A DNA stretch of 64,000 bases from a plasmid, in sequence record OW849071.1. One strand, given 5' to 3'. Under the pieces are notes generated by a model. It did no database searches. It was not told where the DNA came from and worked only from the letters and a program-made list of their open reading frames with translations. Below, piece after piece: positions 51,929 to 63,761 of the stretch. A program made the position numbers and the translations under genes. Each line of letters begins with the position of its first letter. Position 1 is the stretch's first letter.

Positions 51929-51940
51929 CATCTTCCCCTG

Positions 51941-52861
51941 CTACTTTTTGACATCAATGCGCGGATCGACCCACGGCAGCACCAGATCCGCAATAAGGTT
52001 GCCGCCAACAATGGCAACCGCTGACACGGTGGTTACCCCGACAATCACCGGGATATCCACCTGTTGAATCGCCTGCCAGGCCAGCTGACCGATACCCGGC
52101 CAGCCAAAGACCGATTCGACTACCACCAGTCCGCCCATAAAAATGCCGATATCAATGCCTATCATCGGAATTAGCGGCAGCACGGCATTCGGCAGCACGT
52201 GACGCAGCAGTACGCGGGTTCGGCCCAGCCCTTTGGCCCGCGCGGTACGGATAAAATCCTGATGCAGCACCTCAATCATCGACGAGCGCAACATGCGTGA
52301 ATACCAGCCGCTGCCGAGCAGGCCGAGGGTTAGCGCCGGTAGCGCCAGATGGCTGAAGCCGCCATAGCCTCCCATCGGGAACCAGTTGAGTACCACGGCG
52401 AAAAGATAGAGAAAAAGCATCGCGGCGATGAACTGCGGCGCCGAAACACCGATAAAGGAGAGCGCCATCAGAAGCCGGTCCGCCAGCCCGCCGCGTTTTA
52501 ACGCCGCCAGGGTGCCGAGTGCGATCCCCAGTACCAACTCGCAGAGAATACCCGCCGCCATCAGCTGCAGTGACGGCCCGATACGGGCGGAAACCAGTTC
52601 ACTCACTTCGCTGCGCTGAATAAACGAGCGTCCCAGATCGCCGTGCAGCAGCCCCTGCAGATAACGCCAATATTGCTGATAAAACGGAAGATCCAACCCC
52701 AACTGATGGCGGATGTTTTCGACTACTTCCGGCGTGGCACTGCGCCCGGCGATTTGGCGCGCTGGATCGGCGGGCAACATAAACAGCAGCAAATAGCAGA
52801 TCAACGTAACGCCAAGCAGGATCAGCCCGGCATGCAACAGACGTTTTCCCAGAAATAGCAT
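51941..52861 (-). CDS. ABC permease (DppB/GsiC-like)
   Basis: 306 aa, 6 TM, with the EAA-like motif region. Confidence 0.85.
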   Translation of the reverse strand: MLFLGKRLLHAGLILLGVTLICYLLLFMLPADPARQIAGRSATPEVVENIRHQLGLDLPFYQQYWRYLQGLLHGDLGRSFIQRSEVSELVSARIGPSLQLMAAGILCELVLGIALGTLAALKRGGLADRLLMALSFIGVSAPQFIAAMLFLYLFAVVLNWFPMGGYGGFSHLALPALTLGLLGSGWYSRMLRSSMIEVLHQDFIRTARAKGLGRTRVLLRHVLPNAVLPLIPMIGIDIGIFMGGLVVVESVFGWPGIGQLAWQAIQQVDIPVIVGVTTVSAVAIVGGNLIADLVLPWVDPRIDVKK

Positions 52862-53709
52862 TAGTTTCGTCCTTTTAAGCCGGGATCGAGGGCGTCGCGC
52901 AGGGCGTCACCAGCGATATTGAAAGAGAGCGACAGCAGCACAATCGCCGCGCCGGGAAAGAACACCAGCCAGGGAGCCGAAGTAAAATAGCTCTGGCTTT
53001 CAAAGATGATGTTGCCCCAACTCGGCGTTGGCGGCTGTACCCCCACCCCGAGGAACGATAGAGTAGCTTCCAGCAGGACTGTGGTGGAGATGCCTAGTGT
53101 GGCCCAGACCAGCACCGTTGGCGCCAGATGTGGAATTAAATGCACGCCGAGAATACGCAACGTTCCGGCCCCCAGGGTGCGTTCCACGGCGATAAAGTCG
53201 CGGGCGCTAAGCGCGCTAGTTTCGGCGTAGATAACCCTGGCGATCTGCACCCAGTTCACCATGGCGATCACCAGGGACACGATCCAGACACTTGGCTGGA
53301 AAATCGCCGCCAGGGCAATCGCCAGCAGCAGTGCGGGAAACGCCATCATCAGATCGGTAAAGCGCATCAGCAGCCCTCCGATACGCCCCTGCAGATAACC
53401 TGCGCTAAGCCCTACCAGGACGCCGATCAGTACTGCAGTGCCGTTGGCGACAACACCGATGAGTAACGAAGTACGAGCTCCGTAAATTAAACGCGAGAAG
53501 AGATCGCGTCCCAGCAGATCGGTTCCCAGCCAGTAAGTGCTGTTGGGAGAAAGCGGTGCGCCTTCCAGGCTCAGTCCCTCGACAAACTGTTCATCGGGAT
53601 CGAAGGGGGTGAGCCAGGGGGCAAACAGCGCGCTCATCACCACCAGGAGAATAAACAGCAGCGAGAGCAGCAGGGCTGGCCGGCGCAGAAAATATCCGAC
53701 TCTATTCAT
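52861..53709 (-). CDS. ABC permease (DppC/GsiD-like)
   Basis: Start taken at MNRVGYFLRRPALLL. Overlaps the upstream regulator stop (ATGA). Confidence 0.8.
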   Translation of the reverse strand: MNRVGYFLRRPALLLSLLFILLVVMSALFAPWLTPFDPDEQFVEGLSLEGAPLSPNSTYWLGTDLLGRDLFSRLIYGARTSLLIGVVANGTAVLIGVLVGLSAGYLQGRIGGLLMRFTDLMMAFPALLLAIALAAIFQPSVWIVSLVIAMVNWVQIARVIYAETSALSARDFIAVERTLGAGTLRILGVHLIPHLAPTVLVWATLGISTTVLLEATLSFLGVGVQPPTPSWGNIIFESQSYFTSAPWLVFFPGAAIVLLSLSFNIAGDALRDALDPGLKGRN

Positions 53710-54299
53710 TGTGCTCCCCGCTTGCCGGACGACATTCGTAGCAGCCACTTCTGCGCCACCTGTGCCACCGACTGGTTCGTACACATTGATTCCGAGCGCA
53801 GGCGAACCCATGCCTGTTGTTCATCAATACTTTCCGCTTGCATCTGGGCCGCCAGAGCTTGGGTAATCTGCGGCATTGCTGCCAGACGCTGGCGCAGTAG
53901 CATCTGTTGCTGTTGAATGTCATGCAACTGCTGACGCAGCCCCACTGCCATCATCAGGGTGGTATAGATGGCTCGCTGTGTAATAGGCTTGGTAAGGAGC
54001 GCTGTTGCCCCTAACTCCAGCGCGCGCTGTACCTGGTAAAGTCCCTCATGTGAGGTCAGCGCGATCACCGGTATTCCGGCCAGATTGATCTGGCTCAGGG
54101 TTAGCGGGCTGGCGAATGCCTCCAGTTCCACCAGTACTGCACAGGGGGTGAGAGGAGGTAAAGCCTCATCTCCGGTCAGGTGATGCCAGCGGATACCCAT
54201 CCGCGTCAGGTTTTTTTCCAGCGCTTCGCGACTCCTTGCTTCACAGTCTACCAGCAGGAGCGGCTGAGCATCTAAATCCGGGGACAGCAGCGTTTTCAT
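53706..54299 (-). CDS. Receiver-ANTAR antitermination regulator (AmiR-like)
   Basis: N-terminal receiver-like fold (PLLLVDCEARSREALEKNLTRMGIRW...) and a C-terminal helical ANTAR-like segment (RQRLAAMPQITQALAAQMQAESIDEQQAWVRLRSESM...QVAQKWL). Confidence 0.65.
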   Translation of the reverse strand: MKTLLSPDLDAQPLLLVDCEARSREALEKNLTRMGIRWHHLTGDEALPPLTPCAVLVELEAFASPLTLSQINLAGIPVIALTSHEGLYQVQRALELGATALLTKPITQRAIYTTLMMAVGLRQQLHDIQQQQMLLRQRLAAMPQITQALAAQMQAESIDEQQAWVRLRSESMCTNQSVAQVAQKWLLRMSSGKRGAQ

Positions 54300-55423
54300 T
54301 TAACAATCCTCAGAGCAGGTCTGGCTGCAACCGTTCGGCTTTCACGTAGCTCGGTCGCGGAGAGATAGGGATCGGGCATAACCGGCAGCGGTTCGCGATG
54401 CAGTATCTGAAAGCAAGTTTGTTGCAACTCAGCGATGTAGCAGGGCAAACAGGCGTGGTTGTTTCGAGCCATTACTGAGCGAGCGCCCGGAGAATCAACG
54501 TCGTGCTGACGATGCAGTGCCGCCAGCACCGCACCCGGCTCGCTGTTTCCGGCCTCGCGCAGGCTATTGGCAAACAACCTTACTGCCCGCCAGCCGCCGA
54601 TATAGTAGTGGGAGATGCGCTGTGCGCCATGTTGCAGGTGCTGCCGCGCGCAAAAATCGAGATCGACGCTCTCAAAAAACGGTCCGCAGGAAAGCAAACG
54701 TACCGCCCTTAGTGGCGCGACTTCGGCGACTTCGGCTTCGGTAAAATTACAGCTGAGCACCGCTAACGTCCGCCGATCGCGAAGACAGGCCTCGTCCAGT
54801 GCGCGCAGAAACGCATAAGAGGTTTCGCCTACCAGGTTATTGAGTACAAAATCTACCTCTGTGCTGAGAATCGCCTCAATCAACTCGGTCACGTTGCTGT
54901 TTCTCAGGTGCAGATATTTTTCGCCCACCACCGTACCGCCGGAACCTTCCACTACCTCACGGGCGATACGATTGCTTTCCCAGCCCCAGACGTAGTTAGA
55001 GCCGATCAGCCAGGAGCGATTTCCGAACATATCCAGCGCCAGCCGCAGGAGTGGCAGCAGAGTCTGGTTCGGACAACCGCCCAGATATACGACCTGCTCG
55101 CAGCTCTCGAACCCCTCGTAAGGACAGCCATACCACAGCAGCAGGTTATGCTGCTCCAGGTCCGGGATAATCTCCTTCCGACTGGCAGAGGTAATGGTTC
55201 CGAAGATATGGCGGATGCCGTGAGCGATAAAGGTGCTCACCGCTTCACTGTAGGCTGCGAGTTCACCCGCAGGGTTGATATGTCGGGCCCGCAGCTGAAA
55301 AGGATAAGCAGGATCGGCATTGATTTCCTCTAAGGCATGGCGCGCACCAAGCAGTGTGCTGTTCGCCAGGTGGCTGTAGGTACCTTCTGTGGAAAGCAAA
55401 ATTCCAATATCAATAGTTTGCAC
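54296..55423 (-). CDS. AmiC-like amide-sensing periplasmic-binding-fold protein (negative regulator partner of the AmiR-like protein)
   Basis: Type-I PBP fold without a signal peptide, collinear with Pseudomonas AmiC (IGILLSTEGTYSHLANSTLLGARHALEEINA...). Apparent GTG start. Confidence 0.65.
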   Translation of the reverse strand: MQTIDIGILLSTEGTYSHLANSTLLGARHALEEINADPAYPFQLRARHINPAGELAAYSEAVSTFIAHGIRHIFGTITSASRKEIIPDLEQHNLLLWYGCPYEGFESCEQVVYLGGCPNQTLLPLLRLALDMFGNRSWLIGSNYVWGWESNRIAREVVEGSGGTVVGEKYLHLRNSNVTELIEAILSTEVDFVLNNLVGETSYAFLRALDEACLRDRRTLAVLSCNFTEAEVAEVAPLRAVRLLSCGPFFESVDLDFCARQHLQHGAQRISHYYIGGWRAVRLFANSLREAGNSEPGAVLAALHRQHDVDSPGARSVMARNNHACLPCYIAELQQTCFQILHREPLPVMPDPYLSATELRESRTVAARPALRIVK

Positions 55424-55440
55424 GTATGTTTGCTCTCTGC

Positions 55441-55484
55441 ATTAATAAAAAAGCCTGATTGTCCTTATTAGGACAATCAGGCTT
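55441..55484 (-). terminator. Intrinsic terminator in the operon leader, 18 nt upstream of the AmiC-like start
   Basis: 14-bp perfect stem AAGCCTGATTGTCC / GGACAATCAGGCTT with a TTATTA loop. It is followed on the transcribed (minus) strand by T6 (plus-strand A6 at 55445-55450). Confidence 0.65.
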
Positions 55485-56017
55485 CATTACCTGTCGATAT
55501 TTAATGGATTCAAGGCTTAAGGGTTGCCCCTGCTTGCATATACCCGACATGAAAAATTCATGCCATTTTTAAAGCACAGTTAAATCAATGGATTATTTAT
55601 TTTTGGAGACACTTTTGCACCAATGGGATGCGGCTTGCTCAGTTATGGTGCAATTTTCTGATGCAGTCTGGTCTCTTCAACATGAGGTGGAGTAATGCAC
55701 ACCTGTTTTAGTTCCACGCACTTTTTGAGAGTTCCGGTTTTTCAGCCATCAGCAGGTGATCCTCCGGCGTCAGGTTATTCAGGGATTCATGGGGACGCTC
55801 TGGATGGAAGATCCTCGTGACGAAGCCGAATTTGCCCCCGGCCACGTGCTTTTTTTCGAGCGTAATGTTGTCCATGCATTACCAACCCTTCTTGAAGAAC
55901 CCGTAATATTTCTGTCATTGGCCAGCCCTCGTCGTGCTCCTGAAGATATTACCTTTGTTGACCCGAAAGATGGCACTGCCAGAACCTTTATGGCCAGAAA
56001 TAATGAGTCAGCATAAA

Positions 56018-56502
56018 GGGCCAGAACCAAAGGTAAGGTGGAGCGGATGGTGAAATACCTCAAGGAGAACTTCTTCGTCCGGTACCGCCGGTTCGACAGC
56101 TTCGCCCAGGTTAATCAGCTACTGGAGCAGTGGATGGCTGACGTTGCCGACAGGCGGGAACTTCGCCAGTTCAGGCAGACACCGGAACAGCGCTTCACGC
56201 AGGAACAGGAGCATCTGCAGCCGTTGCCGGATACGGACTTCGATACCAGCTACTTCGATATCCGTCATGTCTCCTGGGATGGCTATATCGAGGTTGGCGG
56301 AAACCGTTACAGCGTGCCGGAAAGCCTGTGTGGCCAGCCGGTATCAATACGGATTTCGCTGGATGATGAACTGCGGATCTACAGTAATGAGCAGCAGATG
56401 GCATCGCACCGTCTCTGTTCGGCTGCATCCGGCTGGCAGACCGTGCCGGAGCATCACGCCCCGCTCTGGCAGCAGGTCAGTCAGGTGGAACCCGAAATCT
56501 GA
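56018..56502 (+). pseudogene. C-terminal remnant of an IS21-family IstA transposase
   Basis: ...TKGKVERMVKYLKENFF...QPLPDTDFDTSYFDIRHVSWDGYIEVGGNRYSVPESLCGQPVSIRIS... Upstream parts exist only in shifted frames. No IstB. Confidence 0.6.
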
Positions 56503-56519
56503 TTTATTCAACAAAGCCG
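56492..56519. repeat. Orphan 28-bp IS903-type terminus
   Basis: The complement reads GGCTTTGTTGAATAAATCAGATTTCGGG, identical to the inverted repeat plus 10 subterminal bp of the IS903-like element at 43330/44385. It abuts the istA remnant. Confidence 0.6.
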
Positions 56520-56619
56520 CACCAAATCATCACTCGAAGATATTCAGGCATGGTACATCCGCGGCAAGCCCCTAATTTGTACTGAGGGGCAAAGTGAAAA
56601 AAGTTACTTTTTGTTGAAA

Positions 56620-56790
56620 CGACAGTTAGCAATAACCCCCGCTTGCGGGGGCCATACCCACCAGGAGCAAACGCAGAAAGCCCGAGATACTTCTGCTGTA
56701 CCGGGGGCTGGCGACATTTCAGGCAACACTCATAGTTGACATCCTCCCCGCCCTAAAGGGCGGGGAGGATGTCAATAATAGCAGACCACA
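56620..56790. repeat. REP-like GC-rich palindromes in the intergenic region
   Basis: CCCCCGCTTGCGGGGG and TCCTCCCCGCCCTAAAGGGCGGGGAGGATGTC. Confidence 0.4.
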
Positions 56791-56916
56791 TCATGATGTC
56801 ATTCTGACCGACAGATGCCAGAAGCAGAGGATCCATCCCATTTTATACCTACCTTATAACACTTAGAAAAACAACATGTTAAAAATGTTTATTGGAAACA
56901 ATTTTAAGTCCAATTG

Positions 56917-56943
56917 TAATGATAACCATTCTCATATTAATAT
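56917..56943. promoter_or_regulatory. Fur box in the fecI promoter
   Basis: AATGATAACCATTCTCATATTAATAT (GATAAT-type hexamer array) ~35 nt upstream of fecI. Confidence 0.6.
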
Positions 56944-56977
56944 GGCTACGTGATAATTAACTTTTGATGCACTCCGC

Positions 56978-57499
56978 ATGTCTGACCGTGCCACTACCAC
57001 AGCTTCCTTAACGTTCGAGTCGCTTTATGGCACCCATCACGGCTGGTTGAAAAGTTGGCTGACGCGCAAACTCCAGTCTGCCTTTGATGCAGATGACATT
57101 GCCCAGGACACTTTTTTGCGGGTAATGAGCAGCGAAACGCTCTCGACGATCCGCGATCCTCGCTCTTTCCTGTGCACTATCGCCAAACGCGTGATGGTGG
57201 ACCTGTTTCGCCGAAACGCGCTGGAAAAAGCGTATCTGGAGATGCTGGCGCTTATGCCGGAGGGGGGAGCGCCTTCACCTGAGGAACGCGAAAGCCAGCT
57301 CGAGACCCTACAACTCGTCGACAGCATGCTGGACGGGCTAAACGGAAAAACACGTGAAGCGTTTCTGCTTTCGCAACTGGATGGCCTGACATACAGCGAG
57401 ATTGCGCACAAACTCGGTGTTTCCGTCAGCTCCGTGAAAAAATACGTGGCGAAAGCCGTCGAGCACTGCCTGCTGTTTCGTCTGGAGCATGGGTTATGA
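56978..57499 (+). CDS. fecI: ECF sigma factor FecI
   Basis: 173 aa, sigma70 r2/r4. First gene of the ferric-citrate operon. Confidence 0.9.
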   Translation: MSDRATTTASLTFESLYGTHHGWLKSWLTRKLQSAFDADDIAQDTFLRVMSSETLSTIRDPRSFLCTIAKRVMVDLFRRNALEKAYLEMLALMPEGGAPSPEERESQLETLQLVDSMLDGLNGKTREAFLLSQLDGLTYSEIAHKLGVSVSSVKKYVAKAVEHCLLFRLEHGL

Positions 57500-58449
57500 A
57501 TCCTTCGTTAACCGATTCCCGCCGTCAGGCGCTGCGTTCAGCTTCCCACTGGTATGCCGTGCTAAGCGGCGAGCGCGTCAGCCCACAACAGGAAGCGCGC
57601 TGGCAACAGTGGTATGAACAGGATCAGGATAACCAGTGGGCCTGGCAGCAGGTTGAAAACCTGCGCAACCAGCTTGGCGGTGTGCCTGGCGACGTTGCCA
57701 GCCGGGCGCTGCACGATACCCGCCTCACCCGCCGTCACGTGATGAAAGGATTACTGCTGTTGCTCGGCGCTGGCGGAGGCTGGCAACTCTGGCAGTCGGA
57801 AACCGGCGAAGGTCTGCGGGCAGATTACCGCACCCCCAAAGGCGCAGTCAGCCGTCAGCAACTGGAAGATGGCTCCCTGCTCACGCTGAATACCCAAAGC
57901 GCGGCGGATGTGCGTTTTGATGCGCATCAGCGCACCGTCCGGCTCTGGTACGGTGAAATCGCCATTACTACCGCGAAAGATGCGCAGCAACGCTCCTTCC
58001 GCGTCCTGACCCGTCAGGGCCAACTCACCGCTTTAGGGACAGAATTTACCGTCCGCCAGCAGGATAATTTCACGCAGCTTGACGTGCAGCAGCACGCCGT
58101 GGAAGTGCTTCTCGCCAGTGCCCCCGCGCAAAAACGCATCGTGAACGCTGGTGAAAGCCTGCAGTTCAGCGCCTCTGAGTTTGGCGCAGTGAAACCGCTG
58201 GATGACGAGAGTACAAGCTGGACGAAGGGCATCCTGAGCTTCAGCGATAAACCGCTGGGTGAGGTGATAGCCACGCTAAGCCGTTACCGCAACGGCGTGC
58301 TGCGCTGCGATCCCGCCGTTGCCGGGCTGCGCCTGAGCGGGACGTTCCCGCTGAAAAATACCGATGCGATCCTGAACGTTATCGCTCAAACGCTTCCCGT
58401 TAAAATTCAGTCTATTACGCGGTACTGGATAAACATTTCACCGCTGTAA
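57496..58449 (+). CDS. fecR: Transmembrane signal transducer FecR
   Basis: 317 aa. Start overlaps the fecI stop (ATGA). Confidence 0.9.
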   Translation: MNPSLTDSRRQALRSASHWYAVLSGERVSPQQEARWQQWYEQDQDNQWAWQQVENLRNQLGGVPGDVASRALHDTRLTRRHVMKGLLLLLGAGGGWQLWQSETGEGLRADYRTPKGAVSRQQLEDGSLLTLNTQSAADVRFDAHQRTVRLWYGEIAITTAKDAQQRSFRVLTRQGQLTALGTEFTVRQQDNFTQLDVQQHAVEVLLASAPAQKRIVNAGESLQFSASEFGAVKPLDDESTSWTKGILSFSDKPLGEVIATLSRYRNGVLRCDPAVAGLRLSGTFPLKNTDAILNVIAQTLPVKIQSITRYWINISPL

Positions 58450-58480
58450 GAAAAATAATTCTCATTTCGATTGTCCTTTT
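58448..58480 (+). promoter_or_regulatory. FecI-dependent fecA promoter
   Basis: GAAAAT - 17 nt - TCCTTT arrangement between fecR and fecA. Confidence 0.45.
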
Positions 58481-58502
58481 TACCTTCTCGTTCGACTCAT
58501 AG

Positions 58503-60866
<2,364 letters not shown>

Positions 60867-60910
60867 TGTGTTAACGCCCGGCTTGCCGGGCTTTTAGCTG
60901 GAATGTGACT

Positions 60911-61813
60911 ATGTTGGCATTTATCCGTTTTCTTTTTGCAGGCCTGCTGCTGGTGATCGGCCACGCCTTTGCCGCCACGGTTCAGGACGAACACGGCACG
61001 TTTACACTCGATAAAACGCCACAACGGATTGTGGTGCTGGAACTCTCGTTCGCCGATGCGCTGGCCGCCGTGGACGTCAGCCCGATCGGTATTGCCGACG
61101 ATAACGATGCAAAACGCATCCTGCCCGAAGTGCGTGCGCACCTGAAACCGTGGCAGTCCGTCGGAACGCGCGCGCAGCCGAGCCTGGAAGCCATTGCTGC
61201 CCTGAAACCAGACCTGATCATTGCCGACAGCAGTCGCCATGCGGGGATTTACACCGCCTTGCAGCAAATCGCGCCGGTACTGCTGCTTAAGTCCCGCAAC
61301 GAAACCTACGCTGAAAATTTGCACTCAGCGGCTATCATCGGCGAAGTGGTAGGTAAAAAACGAGAGATGCAGGCGCGTCTGGAACAACATAAAGAGAAGA
61401 TGGCGCAGTGGGCCAGCCAGCTTCCCACAGGGACACGCGTGGCCTTTGGCACATCACGCGAACAGCTATTCAACCTGCATACCCAGGAGACCTGGACCGG
61501 CAGCGTGCTGGCTTCTCTGGGGCTGAACGTTCCCGCTGCGATGGCGGGCGCGTCCATGCCGTCCATCGGCCTGGAGCAACTGCTGGCGGTCAATCCTGCC
61601 TGGCTGCTGGTTGCCCACTATCGCGAAGAGAGCATTGTTAAACGCTGGCAACAAGATCCGCTCTGGCAGATATTAACCGCCGCGCAGAAGCAGCAGGTTG
61701 CTTCAGTCGACAGTAACGCCTGGGCGCGGATGCGCGGTATTTTTGCCGCAGAGCGTATTGCCGCTGACACGGTAAAAATCTTCCACCATCAGCCGCTTAC
61801 CGATATGAAATGA
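60911..61813 (+). CDS. fecB: Periplasmic ferric-dicitrate binding protein FecB
   Basis: 300 aa from MLAFIRFLFAGLLLV. Confidence 0.9.
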   Translation: MLAFIRFLFAGLLLVIGHAFAATVQDEHGTFTLDKTPQRIVVLELSFADALAAVDVSPIGIADDNDAKRILPEVRAHLKPWQSVGTRAQPSLEAIAALKPDLIIADSSRHAGIYTALQQIAPVLLLKSRNETYAENLHSAAIIGEVVGKKREMQARLEQHKEKMAQWASQLPTGTRVAFGTSREQLFNLHTQETWTGSVLASLGLNVPAAMAGASMPSIGLEQLLAVNPAWLLVAHYREESIVKRWQQDPLWQILTAAQKQQVASVDSNAWARMRGIFAAERIAADTVKIFHHQPLTDMK

Positions 61814-62808
61814 CCGCGCTAAAACACCCGGTGCTGCTGTGGGGGCTTCCCGTTGCAGTACTTATTATTATTTTCTGGCTGAGTCTGTTTTGCTACTCGG
61901 CCATTCCTGTTTCCGGAGCAGACGCAATCCGCGCCCTGCTGCCTGGACACACGCCAACGCTACCAGAAGCGCTGGTGCAAAACCTTCGTTTGCCGCGAAG
62001 CCTGGTCGCCGTTCTGATCGGCGCAAGCCTGGCGCTCGCGGGCACGCTGCTGCAAACCCTGACCCACAACCCAATGGCCTCTCCTTCACTGCTCGGCATT
62101 AACAGCGGCGCGGCGCTGGCTATGGCGCTTACCAGCGCGCTGAGTCCGACGCCGGTTGCAGGCTATTCCCTGTCGTTCATCGCGGCATGCGGGGGCGGCG
62201 TGAGCTGGCTGCTGGTCATGACCGCAGGAGGCGGGTTTCGTCATACCCAGGACAGAAACAAACTGATCCTCGCGGGTATCGCGCTGTCGGCCTTTTGTAT
62301 GGCCCTGACCCGCATCACCCTACTGCTGGCCGAAGATCATGCTTACGGCATCTTTTACTGGCTGGCAGGCGGAGTGTCCCACGCCCACTGGCAGGATGTC
62401 TGGCAGCTCTTGCCGGTGGTGGTCACTGCAGTCCCTGTCGTGTTGCTGCTGGCGAATCAACTGAACCTGCTCAACGTCAGCGACAGTACCGCCCATACGC
62501 TGGGAGTGAACCTGCCGAGACTACGTTTGATCATCAATATGTTAGTGCTGCTTCTGGTTGGCGCGTGCGTCAGTGTGGCAGGTCCGGTGGCGTTTATCGG
62601 CCTGCTGGTGCCACATCTGGCGCGCTTCTGGGCAGGCTTCGATCAGCGCAACGTACTGCCGGTGAGCATGCTGCTGGGGGCCACGCTGATGCTGATGGCA
62701 GATGTACTCGCACGCGCGCTGGCCTTCCCCGGCGATCTGCCCGCAGGCGCAGTGCTGGCGCTGATTGGCAGTCCTTGCTTTGTCTGGCTGGTGAGGAGGC
62801 GAGGATGA
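61810..62808 (+). CDS. fecC: ABC permease FecC
   Basis: 332 aa, FecCD family. Confidence 0.9.
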   Translation: MTALKHPVLLWGLPVAVLIIIFWLSLFCYSAIPVSGADAIRALLPGHTPTLPEALVQNLRLPRSLVAVLIGASLALAGTLLQTLTHNPMASPSLLGINSGAALAMALTSALSPTPVAGYSLSFIAACGGGVSWLLVMTAGGGFRHTQDRNKLILAGIALSAFCMALTRITLLLAEDHAYGIFYWLAGGVSHAHWQDVWQLLPVVVTAVPVVLLLANQLNLLNVSDSTAHTLGVNLPRLRLIINMLVLLLVGACVSVAGPVAFIGLLVPHLARFWAGFDQRNVLPVSMLLGATLMLMADVLARALAFPGDLPAGAVLALIGSPCFVWLVRRRG

Positions 62809-63761
62809 AAATTGCGCTGGTCATTTTCATCACCCTTGCCCTGGCAGGCTGTGCGCTGTTATCACTCCATATGGGGGTGATCCCCGTGCCGTGGCGCGCG
62901 CTGCTGACCGACTGGCAGGACGGACGCGAGCATTATTATGTATTGATGGAGTACCGACTGCCGCGCTTGCTGCTGGCACTGTTTGTCGGTGCAGCCCTCG
63001 CCGTGGCGGGCGTGCTGGTACAGGGGATTGTGCGTAACCCGCTAGCATCACCGGATATTCTCGGCATTAACCATGCCGCCAGCCTTGCCTCTGTGGGAGC
63101 ACTGCTTCTTATGCCATCACTATCCGTGATGGTGCTGCCGCTGCTGGCCTTTGCGGGCGGTATGGCGGGGTTGATCTTGCTGAAGATGCTGGCAAAGACC
63201 CACCAGCCGATGAAGCTGGCGCTCACCGGCGTGGCGCTTTCCGCCTGCTGGGCGAGCCTGACGGATTACCTGATGCTCCTGCACCCGCAGGATGTAAACA
63301 GTGCCCTGCTGTGGCTGACGGGTAGCTTATGGGGGCGCGACTGGCACTTTGTGAAGATTGCCGTGCCGTTGCTCATTCTGTTTTTGCCGCTGAGCCTGCG
63401 CTTTTGTCGCGATCTCGACCTGCTGGCGCTGGGCGATGCACGAGCAGCCACGCTCGGCGTGTCGGTTCAGCGCACCCGGTTCCAGGGGCTGATGCTGGCT
63501 GTCGCGATGACAGCAACCGGCGTGGCCGTCTGTGGCCCGATAAGTTTTATTGGTCTCGTCGTGCCGCACATGGTGCGCAGGATCGCCGGCGGGCGTCACC
63601 GCTGGCTGATGCCCGTTTCGGCCCTGACGGGCGCGTTGTTGCTGGTCATTGCCGATCTGCTGGCACGAATCATTCATCCGCCGCTGGAGCTTCCGGCAGG
63701 CGTGCTGACCGCCATTATCGGCGCACCGTGGTTTGTCTGGCTGCTTGTGAGAATGCGATAA
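62805..63761 (+). CDS. fecD: ABC permease FecD
   Basis: 318 aa from MKIALVIFITL. The start overlaps the fecC stop (ATGA). Confidence 0.85.
   Translation: MKIALVIFITLALAGCALLSLHMGVIPVPWRALLTDWQDGREHYYVLMEYRLPRLLLALFVGAALAVAGVLVQGIVRNPLASPDILGINHAASLASVGALLLMPSLSVMVLPLLAFAGGMAGLILLKMLAKTHQPMKLALTGVALSACWASLTDYLMLLHPQDVNSALLWLTGSLWGRDWHFVKIAVPLLILFLPLSLRFCRDLDLLALGDARAATLGVSVQRTRFQGLMLAVAMTATGVAVCGPISFIGLVVPHMVRRIAGGRHRWLMPVSALTGALLLVIADLLARIIHPPLELPAGVLTAIIGAPWFVWLLVRMR

Noticed and set aside
55756-56016. 86-aa ORF upstream of the istA remnant
   Set aside because: A frame-shifted piece of the same degenerate IS21 istA (HCQ... motif in another frame), not an independent gene.
62187-63761. 524-aa ORF spanning fecC/fecD
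   Set aside because: The first ~205 residues are an out-of-frame read-through over fecC (Arg/Ala-rich, GC artefact). The real fecD starts at 62805, overlapping the fecC stop.
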